62,000 bases of DNA from Lama guanicoe (taxonomy: Eukaryota): contig MU053482.1 in assembly GCA_013239625.1 (NCBI GenBank), forward strand, positions 2,207,168 to 2,269,167, in the 5' to 3' direction. The translations under genes were made by a program, and so were the position numbers. The notes under the pieces are model-generated. The model worked only from the letters and a program-made list of their open reading frames with translations, ran no database searches and was not told the origin of the DNA. Of the stretch, positions 51,628-62,000 are shown piece after piece. How positions within the stretch are numbered: position 1 is the stretch's first letter; every line of letters starts with the position of its first letter.

Positions 51628-52929
51628 CACCAGATGGAGTATTGTGCAGCCATTAAAAGAAAATGACTATAATCCACAAACTAGTAACAGTGATTGACTC
51701 TAGGGAAACAAGAGAAGAGAAGGTGGAAGACTTGCTTTTCACTGTACACCTTTTTGTACCTTTTGAATTTGCAATACATACATGTACTACTTATTTAAAA
51801 AGTGACTGTGAAGACTTGAACAGCATCGGACAATGCTAATTATGCGTGACACAACTGTAACTACATTCAAATGTAAAACACACACAAGCGAAAAAGGAAA
51901 TCATACCAAAACAATAATCACGTTAGCAATTTTTTTCCTTCTTACTAAGTTCTAAATACTCCACACTGCCACTATTTCACTTCTACAATTTAACATATAT
52001 ATTTATTTTCTAAAAGTAATTCAATTATTGATAAGGGCACATAGGAGATTTCAAAGCTAATGGTAATGTTTTCTTTATTAAGCTGCATGGTAGGCATGTG
52101 CATATTCACATTTCAACTGTACATATTAAAATCCATACTCTCTATGTTTTTAATAATATTCTTTAAATCAAAGACTGCAAAACTGGACCCTCTTTTCAGG
52201 TCTGCCTCTCCTCACCCTCAAACACAGGAAGACACTCCAAAAAAGTGCTGGGATAGGATTTTAAATGGTCAGTCAAGTAGATACTTTCCATTTTTGAAAA
52301 GAGGTTCTAACATGTTAGAACCTGGTTTCCAAAGACTTCCACTTAGAACTTTGTAGGTGAGCTACTTTCAGTGTCCCAGTCACACTCAGGACTCTTTTTT
52401 TGGTGTGTCCTTTTTGCTTTCCCTCCTTCCCCCACTAAGCCAGGGTTTATTCCTTCATATTTTTAATCACATGTAAGCTCTTCTAAGCAAAGGGATCATT
52501 TCTTATTCATCTCTGAATTTCCAACAGGCTGTAATGCAGTGCTTTCTTTACACGTAACAAATGCTCAATAAGTATTTATTAAGTAGGCAATATCATGGGC
52601 AAAACTCCAGAACAGAGTATACGAAATATGAAAAGTAGCAAGGACACAGGGAAGGAAACACTGATCACTGGAGATTAAGTACAGCCATGCTAAAAAATTC
52701 ATTAGTTTTATTTAATGAAATTAACATGGAATTAATTATAGTAGAGAATAAAGGAGATAATATATGTAAAACACTCAACAAGAGATAGCATGTGGTCCAT
52801 AAACAGTAGTCTGGGGGTTTAAAAATAATACGCACACATATTTACATGATATATATTTGTATATGACATATAAGTATCATATAAATAAATACATTCATAT
52901 GCACACATATACATCAAAGAATGCTGGGA

Positions 52930-53480
52930 CACAATTTATCTGGACTTCAGAAAAATCTCTCTTGATCTTGCGGGTAAAACTTAAATGCACTGGCAGCTGC
53001 AGGATCTGGTAACTCAGGACAGCTGGGTCCAAATGGATGAGCAAAATGGATCCAAATCAACTAGGAAGGAGTGCTCTGGAACTCCTAGAAGTCTGGACAT
53101 GCCCATCTGTTCTAGATCCTACCATGGTCACCCTTTTTATCAATAACTTGGGTAAGGCATGCTTATCAAAAATGCATATGACAAACCAATTGGGAGGGAT
53201 AATTAATGTACTAGAGAGAATCCCCCAAAAAGGCCTCCACAAACTAGAACCACAGGTTAAGGATAACAAAATGAAACTTTAAAAGTACAAAAGATAGTTT
53301 ACACTTAAGTTTAGAAAAAAACTGCATGACAACAGGATGAAATGGTATAAATGAAAGAGACTTGAGGAATGGTTCAATATGTGTTAACTGATGGGTCAAT
53401 GTGATTTTGAGTTCACCGACTGAAACACAGAGTCCAGATCAAATGAGGTCCATGTCTTACTTTGCTCCATTCTGGTTAGA
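52930..53480 (+). mobile_element. L3/CR1 reverse-transcriptase remnant
   Basis: IYLDFRK at ~52934; ORF 53037-53282 SVLDP..VTLFINNL...LGGIINVLE...KMKL matches CR1 RT (SVLGP.LFNIFINDL...KLGG...MKFN). Confidence 0.75.
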
Positions 53481-56400
53481 ACAGTGTATCAAGGGGACAT
53501 ACACTGTATTGGTAGACCCAGGAGTAAATACAGTCCTAATAACATCATAGGCAAGTATGCTGAAGACAAAAAAGAAAATGAAGTCTGTGGAGCTCCTCAA
53601 ACTGAGAAATAAGATAACATGTCTGGTTCGTGAGCGCCTTAAGTCCTCCCACAGAAGAGGAAGAGACAAAACTACCGCTGTGATTCCCCATGGAGTCGTC
53701 TCTGGAAACGAGCAGCTAGATGAGATCTAGAAAGCTCGCAGAAGAGACAGCTGACCCTGGCCCGATCTGCCCTGTGTCCCTCCTGCTACTCAGAACCTCT
53801 CCTTTGGGGCTCTGACCATCCAAGCTCTAGCGAGGACACAGAAAAGCTCAGGAATCCCAACAATTCTTACCCATCATCTCCCCAAACCATGGTTCACCAT
53901 GATCAGAATTACAAAATGATATTTTTAACCATCAGAGTGAATTCTTTGGCTCTTTAACCTTCTATACTAAGCTGTCATCAGATAGCTGTTGTGAGCAAGG
54001 CCTTGGCTTTGCCTGTTGTAACTGAAACATTAGACAGCAGGAATGCAGCATTTCAGCTCGGTGAGGCACTGCTGGAATGTATACATCCCAGCATATCTCC
54101 CATAATGGGAAACTATGACGCTTCCTCTAAGGACTTATGAAGAATCAGGAGGAGGGAAGAGCATGGCCTCTCAAAATTCAGTTCTTATCCCAGGAACGAG
54201 GAAGGTGGTCCTGGTCTACGGATAAGTGTCGTACTGAATAAAAGTCAATGTCCTATAGTAGAAGATGCCATTTTTAAACCATAGTCTCTCTTTCCTCCCA
54301 AGGATAAGAACCTAGAAGTTTCAAATTTATGCAAAGATTAACTCCTTCCTTAACAATACACATACTAGGTGTATCCCATTCTTATGTAAAATAGAGCTAG
54401 TTTGCGTTTTGTATAAAAAGAGGTGCTTATAAACGTTCATCCTCTTAGAGATCAACAGAGAAATCTGTGTAATAGGGGGAAAAAATCAGACCCCAGGTTT
54501 CAAGGTAAGGAAGATGGGTGAGCTGATGAGAGGGAAAAGAGAGGAACATGCAGGGAGAGGGGAGTGCAATTTAAGATTCTGAAGGACAGAAATAGGAGGA
54601 CGCTTGTTTAGAAGTCTGAGAACAGCATATCTGGGGGAATTCCTGGGCATTACTCCCAGGAATGTCAAAGAACACATCTGAGTACCACTTAGCCTTTGAA
54701 GGAAAGAAGAAAATTCAGAAAGCCTATATTCCTTACCTGGGTTACTGGGATTGCCTATACGCAATAGAACGGGTTAGCTAACGCTGCTAATGACAGCATC
54801 ATTAGGAGGATGAAGGCAGAGTAAAAACAAACAAACAAAAAACAAGGAGTCAAGGTGTCCCTAGCACAGCAGATGCCAGCAGAAGACTTCTTTCTCACAA
54901 GCCGTGGGACTCCAGAGGCTCTAGGGAGACACTGGCTCTCCTCAAACCTGAGCAAGCCAAGAAAGCCACCCACGGGAGAGTCCTCCAGGTGGTGAAAGAC
55001 TGCAGCCACTTGTCATCACTGCAGGTGACAACCGCCATCGGTAACACATGGACACACCTCTTCCAAGGAGAAGGCTCACAGGAGCTAAGGAGGGGAAGGC
55101 TACTCAGGGAAACTCCACCAAGAACATGAGGCTTGACTCTGCCTTTGTGCTCCCAAGAGAGTAACCACTGCTTCCTAAATCAGTGTTCCTTTTCAGACTC
55201 AGGATTTCACCAAACACAGCCAGCAGAAGCACAGCGACCAGCCCATCACAGAGGGTCAGAGGCCCAGAGACAGCTGTGAGAGGCAAAGACGGAGACTAAA
55301 CTGGGCTTTGAAGGTTTGCAAAATGTTTCTGAGGACAATGAAGGTGACCCTCCTCTGTATTTTTCTTTCTTCGACCATGATGGCACTCTGCTCCCTCTCC
55401 TGCTGCACGGGGCAGTGAGAATGAACATGAGGAGGGAGGATCAAGAGCTCTTTGCACAGAAAGCAAGATCTTAAAGGGTGACTGACCGTGGAGGCGAGGA
55501 AGGGTCCAGAATGACTCCCAGATTCTGGCTCGGATCACCAAGCACCAGCCACCACATCAGGGAATACAGACAAAACAGAATATTCCCAGGTGCTCTGCTG
55601 TGGTCATGTCTGAGTTTAACCAAGACGGGAAGCTGTTCCAACACAGGAAGTTATTTAGACAACAAGACAGACAGGAGTGGAGAGAACAGAGATGGAGGAA
55701 GGGGAATAAGATGAGAAAAACAGTGAAGGAGAAAGAATGGAAAAGGAAAGGAAGGAGAGAGAGAGTGGAATGGAGAAAAGTGTATGTGTGTTTTAAGAGG
55801 TGGTGGGGAGAGGACATGGATAACACAAACAGAGCCATAAGTGTAACTCTACGAACAGTGAGTTCAAATCTTGGCCACAGCCTACTAACGGCAGAGTTGT
55901 GTCCTCACGAGTTAGGTTCTGTGGTCAGTCTGTAAGGTGAAAATCATGGGGAATCAAAGTACTGTTGAAAGTCCCTTAGAAAGGCACCACCCTGGAAACC
56001 AGCCACAGTCTCTGAGTAAACCCAATTCAATACTTCTCATACACATTATTTTTGTGCACTCTTAAGAATCTCAGAACTAAAAAAGAGCCAAGGAATCCAC
56101 GTTCCTCATCTAGTGCTCTCAAAAAGAATTCTTAGTAGTAGAACCACTGATTTAGTCTGAAGCTTCTGAATAAGCTTCATTTTGTGCAGAAAAACTGGTA
56201 ATCACCTAATGTCACCCAGCTAGACAGGGCTTTTCTCTGACCTCACACTCCTTCCTCTGCTACTCGTGTCTTAAAATTCCCCTAGGAAATAGAAGGCCAA
56301 GATTGGAGGTGCCGGTGTACCCACTAAACAGTCCTGTGAGTTGGAACTGTACCCTCTCCTTTCTTGGTTCTAATCTCCCCATCTGGAAAATGAAGCCAGA

Positions 56401-56529
56401 CTGGGTGAACAAGGAGTCCAGATAACTCTGATATACTTGCTGAATGAAAAAGTGCTTTGAACAGCACTTCATAAACATAAGACACCAGTAATGGTCAACT
56501 CTCTCAGGGAAGAAATTTTGGCATCCTCT

Positions 56530-57160
56530 GTTTTTCCCCTCAACTGCATCCTTAAGATCCCATGTCTAGTCCTACCTTTTCAACTTTTGAAAATTCTCTA
56601 GGATTCACCCCCTTTCTCTCTATTCCTGCTGCGAATGACCCATAGTCTTTAATGGGTCTCCTGACTGTCAGCCAATCTCTGTCCTCGCCTACTTTCTTCT
56701 ACAAGAGTGATTTCCACAAAACTCCACTTTCACTGCATCACCTCTCATCTCCTAAGCACCAAGGCAGAACGTGCAGAGTTGGGACCTCCCACTCCCAAGA
56801 CAGACCATCGCGGGGACCCCGGAGAGCCACATGCTCTATGCTCTTGCTGTTCTCCACAACCACAACACTCCCCACCTCTCCCTTGCTTATATAAAGTAGA
56901 TTCAACTTTCAAAGACCAGAAAAGATCCCTGCCTCCTCCAAGAAAGTTTTCCTGCAGTGTTAAGACAAAACTGCCTTATTTCTGAACTATAAACACGGTC
57001 ACAGTAACCAAACACAGGTAAGATCTCTAACAGTCTCTATTTGTTTAACAAATTTTGTCTCTTCCAATAGATTATAAATTCCCTCAGAGAGAAAACAAGC
57101 TTTATATAATATTCGAATCACAGTGTTGGTTAAACTGAAAAATTCAGCTAGTATTGTTGA
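56530..57160 (+). mobile_element. Degraded LINE2
   Basis: TTCAACTTTCAAAGACCAG...CCTCCTCCAAGAAAGTTTTCC; TAGATTATAAATTCCCTCAG. Confidence 0.5.
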
Positions 57161-59855
57161 CTGGTGAAAAGCAAGACTTTTTGCCCTTCACCACTCACAG
57201 GAAATGCTGGGGGTGCAGGGAGGGGAGAACGAAGGGGTGGAATCAATACTCCTCCAACTCATGAAGTTCCTTCCCACTTTTTCCTCCCAACTTTCACCCA
57301 CTCTGTTCACCCCTCCACCACAGGTTCAAATCAAACTCTTCCCTAAGGATGAGCCTGAGCACATCAGGGCAGTATGCTCTGTAACATTTACTTATATTTC
57401 GCTCCATTCTTAATCCTGATCAGTCCTGATTAGCCCTGTGATAGCAGCAGCTGTTTACAACCCTCACAGTGACGGGGAGGTAAAGGCAAGAGAGAAATGC
57501 AGAAGGAAGAGGAGCCAAAACTAGCAGTAATTTTGTATGTAATGTACATTTCAGATTTGGGCCCTTGAGGTAGGTCTGCTTCAAATTAAGCCCCATAGAG
57601 GCAGCACATCCATGGGAAAGCTCTGTAACCTGCCAGGGCATGGACAGCTCTAAAGGGCATGCCACTGAGGGCTGGCAGCTGCAAAAATGCTTCTCATCCT
57701 TAGGGAGCCAGCAAACTGGAGGTGGGACTCTGGATGGCCATCCCTGCTGAGGGGTGTTAACACATGTTGTCACCACCCTGAGTGTCAATATAGCCAGACT
57801 GGAAAGACACCCAGAAGACACGCTGATGCTCTCACCTGCCTCTAAGCTCCTTCCTCACAGAAGACATCTGCTGCACCCACCTCCAGAGCCCAAGAAAGAT
57901 CACAGGAACTGAGCACTAACCCTCCTCATCACTCCCTCCCTTCCAGAGTCGCAAGGAGACAGGGAGCAATTCAGAGAAAGTTTTAAGGAGAATCAATACC
58001 ATACCACACCCCTTGAAAAACTAGCTCCTGGTTCCAGGTTTGCAAGACTGCAAGAAAGGGCAACTCCACATTCAAACTCCTGGTTATCTTCAGGGGCTGG
58101 TCTCCATGGAACTGTCTTGGCATTCTGCGTCACAGCCACACCCCCACAGAGCCCCAGGGGCAGAGAGCTGGGCAGAAAGGAATGCAGACAGCTTCCCAGA
58201 AGTGCCCAGCTGAGAAGGAAAAGAGCTTACCACAGCTTCCTGGGCCCAGAAGGGGAGGAACTAGGCTCTCAGAAGAAAGATTTCTGCAGCTCGGAGAACT
58301 TGAAGGTCCTCGTGTCTGAAAGCCCAAAAGAAGAGAGAAGTACAGTGGTGGGAACACGCCTGGACATTACAAGCCTGGCTTCTGGTAAGCAGCAGCCATA
58401 CTGAATGAGAGCAAGACTCTTAGAGAAACCCTAAGCCGTCGATGGCCCCAAAGAAACCCAAGGCAGGCCTGGGATGGGGATGTGTGACCCTCTTAGTATA
58501 AGCTTTGCTGGTGCTTTTATCACCTGCCTTCCAAGCAAAGGCTTCTTTTTTTTTCATCCACATCTTGGGGGAAGAGGGTGAAACCACAGCGGGTGTCCCG
58601 CATCTGACAGGAGAACAAAGATGGTAAGCAGGCGGGCTTCGTGGGCTCCAGTGCCTCCCAGCCCTGTTCCCTCCGTCCTGCTTCAAGGGATATAAAGCTT
58701 TTTCATTCCTACTGTGAGCTGCAGGCTTCCCGAGGAGCCCCACCTCAGTTCCCAGAAACCCATACACAAGGCAAGGCTCAGCAAAGAGGAAGATCTTCCC
58801 TGCAGAAGTGCTCTCTCTGATATGTCACAAGTTATGGCTTTGGGGGGCTCTGTTCTAGGATAAGCACAGGGGAAGCAGCAGAACCCAGAAAGGAAGTTAC
58901 GAGGAATGCCCCCCTGTTGTGTGCTAAGTATCCACATCAAGAGTATCAAAAGCAAATAATCAGATAATTTTAATTAAAAGTTAAATCATAAACTGCTTTC
59001 TCTTCCAAGAAAAGGGCAATTCCTAAAACAGATTCCCCAAAACCCAGATTCCCCTTTTCCTCTCATACCTAACCCCAGTTTGACCAACTGGCAGTCAGTT
59101 GTCAGCATTAACGCAAAACACACACAGGCACACAGAGACACACATGCCTGTTCATTCCTCAAAGCTTTGTTCCCACAGCCAAGGTCAAAGACCCTTTCCA
59201 ATCTCAGGTCTCTGTGGGGACAGCAGGAGGCAAGAATTAGACGAAGCATTTTCCCACGCAAAGGCCTTGGCTGCCAACAGGATCGGGGATGACGGGGGTG
59301 GCTTCAGACACCCCCACGTGCAGGAAGGAGGCTGAGCACCTGGAATCCCCCCTCCCTCCACAACACCCGTAAACCAGCTGACCTCATCTCTCTGGTAGCC
59401 ACATGTCTGCCTTCCAGCCTCTGGGATTTAGCCCATCCCCACCTCAAGATTGCACAATAAGTGTCTGTAGCTAGTTAGTTCAGTGACTTACAGCCTGGGG
59501 CCAGTGAGACAAAGGTAAACGGTTTGCTACTTATCAGAATCATTAGTTTCACCCTGTCCTGTAGCCACAGGTTTTACTTCCATACCTTGAATAAAATGCA
59601 CACTGCTTTTTTCAAAGAGACAAGACTAAAGATGACCTCAAACCATCTCTGGGCACCATAGAAAGAAAGCCAAATTTTAAAAAAAGGTATTCAGCTCCAG
59701 ACAATACTTCTTTAGAACGACATGACACATACTATCCCCAGGCAAAAACATGGTTAAACTTTGCCACTCTAACAGGAAATTCTCAGTCACTTGGAACCTA
59801 GTAGAACTTGGGATTTTATTCAAAAACGTGTTCCATTTTGCTGAATTGTTCATTC

Positions 59856-60363
59856 TGAAACAGAGCAGGACCCAGTGAGGTCCTCCTGGTACAAATCCTT
59901 TCTGTCCCTCACTTCTCTTTTGTAGGAAATAGACTTCATTTAGCCTCCTTGACCCCCCACTGAGTCCCAAAGAGCAGATTCAAACAGTTGCTAATCAGGG
60001 AAAGGAGGGAACGCAGAAACAAGGGGGGAGCAGTCCAGAAATGATAGTGCAGCCTTGGGGCAGAAGCCTGCTTCCTCCTCAAGGAATACACATAACACTG
60101 TCTTTGAGTTCTTCCGCAGAAAGGAAGATCCCACCCAGGTGGAGGATGGCAACTTCAGGGTGAACACAAGATTCCTGCAGCAGTGCCCCGTTACTTCAAC
60201 ACCAACCAATCAGAAGAAAGCCACACACCCTGCTGCCCTCATCGGGGAGTCTGGGTTTTTTGAGCACAAACCACCTGGCCTCCTTGCTTGGCCCTGCAAT
60301 CAACCTTTCTCTGCTCCAAACGCCTTACCTTTAGGTTTTTCTGGCCTCGCTGCGTCGGGCACA
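59856..60363 (+). mobile_element. Solo LTR, ERV1 class (artiodactyl MER41-like)
   Basis: TG...CA termini, 4-bp TSD ATTC (59852-59855/60364-60367), CCAATCAG box near 60206, degenerate polyA signal AATCAA 60298-60303. Confidence 0.8.
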
Positions 60364-62000
60364 ATTCCACAAGGAGATGCTACACACAGAGCACAGGGAC
60401 ATCGTCAGTTTTCATAAACTGGCAGCAGACTTACCCCACTGGAAACACACAGCTTCAAACAAGAAGCTTTCCATTTGAGACCTGACATTGCATCACAACA
60501 AGAATGTACTGCTGCCGACTCGAAAATAGGAGGGGATACTTCAATTAACTCCACTAGACAACATGTTAAAAGAATGTGGCCCTGTCATAATTAGTTCATG
60601 ATTTTCAAAGTGGGGGGACTTCTTCAGGCTTTAAGCTAAAGTATTTCCTGAAGTGACACATAGCAAAAAAAAAAAAAAGAGAAGAGAGAGAGAGAAGTCA
60701 GGCATGGCACACTCCAGCCATCCTAGCTGCCACTCAGAGACTCAGAAAAAGGAAGGACCAAGCTCTCCTGGTCCAGCTCCAGGCACCCCTGGGAAGCAGT
60801 GTTCTCCCTCAACACACAGTAGCAGTGGAGTCAGCCCTTCCACAGCAGCATCACCAGGAGGGCCAGAGGGTGAAGACTGTGCTTTCATTGAACACTCCAA
60901 GTCAGTCATTTTTATAAGTTGAAGACATTTTCCCAAAGAAACAGTATTAGATATGGTAGCTGGGTACCCAGATAAACTCAATACTGAACAACATAGGTAA
61001 AATACTGTTTAAATATAGTAAAGATACAAAAAAAAATTACCCATGTAACTAAATACTTACAATAAAACATACATAAGAGAAAAAATTAAATAATTTGTAT
61101 GTATCCTAAAATTGTGGTCCAGGAAGAAGGACAAGTTAATTGAAAGACAGGTATCATCAGAGACCTGAAAAGGCATTCCCAAGGACAAGACAGACAGCAA
61201 TGACTCTTCACATCGGCTCATCTCACTCCCGAATATGTGGCTTTCCTTTCCGGAGTATTCTTGGTGTCACGCTTATCAGCTGTGACTGGGGCTAGCTTTC
61301 ACTCCGCAATCAAAGAGGGAAGGGGACAAGGAGGGTATTTATCGAAGTAGCAAAATAGGCAGGAGAGGAAGAGAATAGAAGAGGAGGATTAAAGAGGATG
61401 CAAGTAAGACTGGAAAGACACCTACCTGAGGGGGAACTGTATGAGCAGCTATGATTCGTGAGAGACATAGAAGGCAGAGTATCCAGAACCGGAGTGGTGG
61501 GGAGGACACATCAGGTATTACACGGCAGCTACCAACCGCACGATCTTCGGAGGATAACTTGGTTAAAGAACAAGCGGGAGGGGGGAAAGTACCAAATAGC
61601 CAGACATGGGCTCCCAACTCTTATCAAGTCCATCATTCCACCCAAATGACACTGGCATTCAAAATAAACACATCTATAGAGCCTACGGGAAATGCCTATG
61701 CCTGTTCTCTTGGTGTTGGATGAACAGGATACCTAGCTATCTAAAGAAAAGGGACTATCCCAGAGTTTCACGTCACCTAGCCCTAACAGTCTCAGCAAAA
61801 TAGAAGGCTCCCTCACTGGTGATGTAGAGTCAGGATGGAATCAGAGGTTAAGGAGCACCAAAAAAAAAAAAAAAAAAGGGAATGAGCACTGCGGCATGTG
61901 TCACAGGTACTTAAAGATATCTTAAAGGATTGCAGAATAGCAAAGAAGGCCCAGTTGAGAGTGTACAGAGTAACTCCTCTCCCCAGAACTATTCTACTCA

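Noticed and set aside
53037..53282. Reverse-transcriptase-like ORF
   Set aside because: Decayed L3/CR1 fragment; the catalytic FADD motif is not intact in frame
54731..54740. Strong minus-strand donor CCAG|GTAAGG
   Set aside because: No convincing partner acceptor or promoter seen; isolated donors are expected by chance
57500..57780. Possible old ERVL/MaLR LTR fragment
   Set aside because: Only vague motif resemblance; termini and TSD not identifiable
61860..61877. A18 tract as a possible retroposon tail
   Set aside because: No TSD or polyA signal found upstream

Overview
This window is mammalian genomic DNA, most likely camelid, judged from two tRNA-derived SINEs resembling the camelid Vic-1 family. 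It is non-coding and repeat-rich (L1, L2, L3/CR1, MIR, hAT-Charlie, Tigger/MER2, mariner/MARNA, a MaLR LTR and an ERV1-type solo LTR), with one 55-N assembly gap. No convincing protein-coding exon was found; the ORF track is essentially noise or decayed transposon coding remnants. The best reading is the 5' end of a large minus-strand gene. A promoter and first exon lie at ~42.3-42.7 kb (donor at 42315), followed by more than 42 kb of intron containing candidate alternative 5' exons (~34.6 kb, ~17.8 kb, ~14.0 kb). From recall only, unverified, the first exon resembles the 5'UTR of DENND2B (ST5). Four observations stand out: (1) a young polyA-tailed insertion at 50055-50548 with a perfect 18-bp TSD, whose cargo is old antisense L1/HAL1-like DNA (orphan transduction or retrocopy) inside a three-layer nested repeat; (2) a chain of plus-strand candidate exons suggesting a spliced antisense lncRNA; (3) uORF/G4-laden alternative first exons; (4) an 18-bp hairpin/dyad at 7795-7840. 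No wholly new biological system can be supported. Repeat subfamily names are from recall of consensus sequences, and repeat boundaries are approximate unless a TSD or TIR is given.
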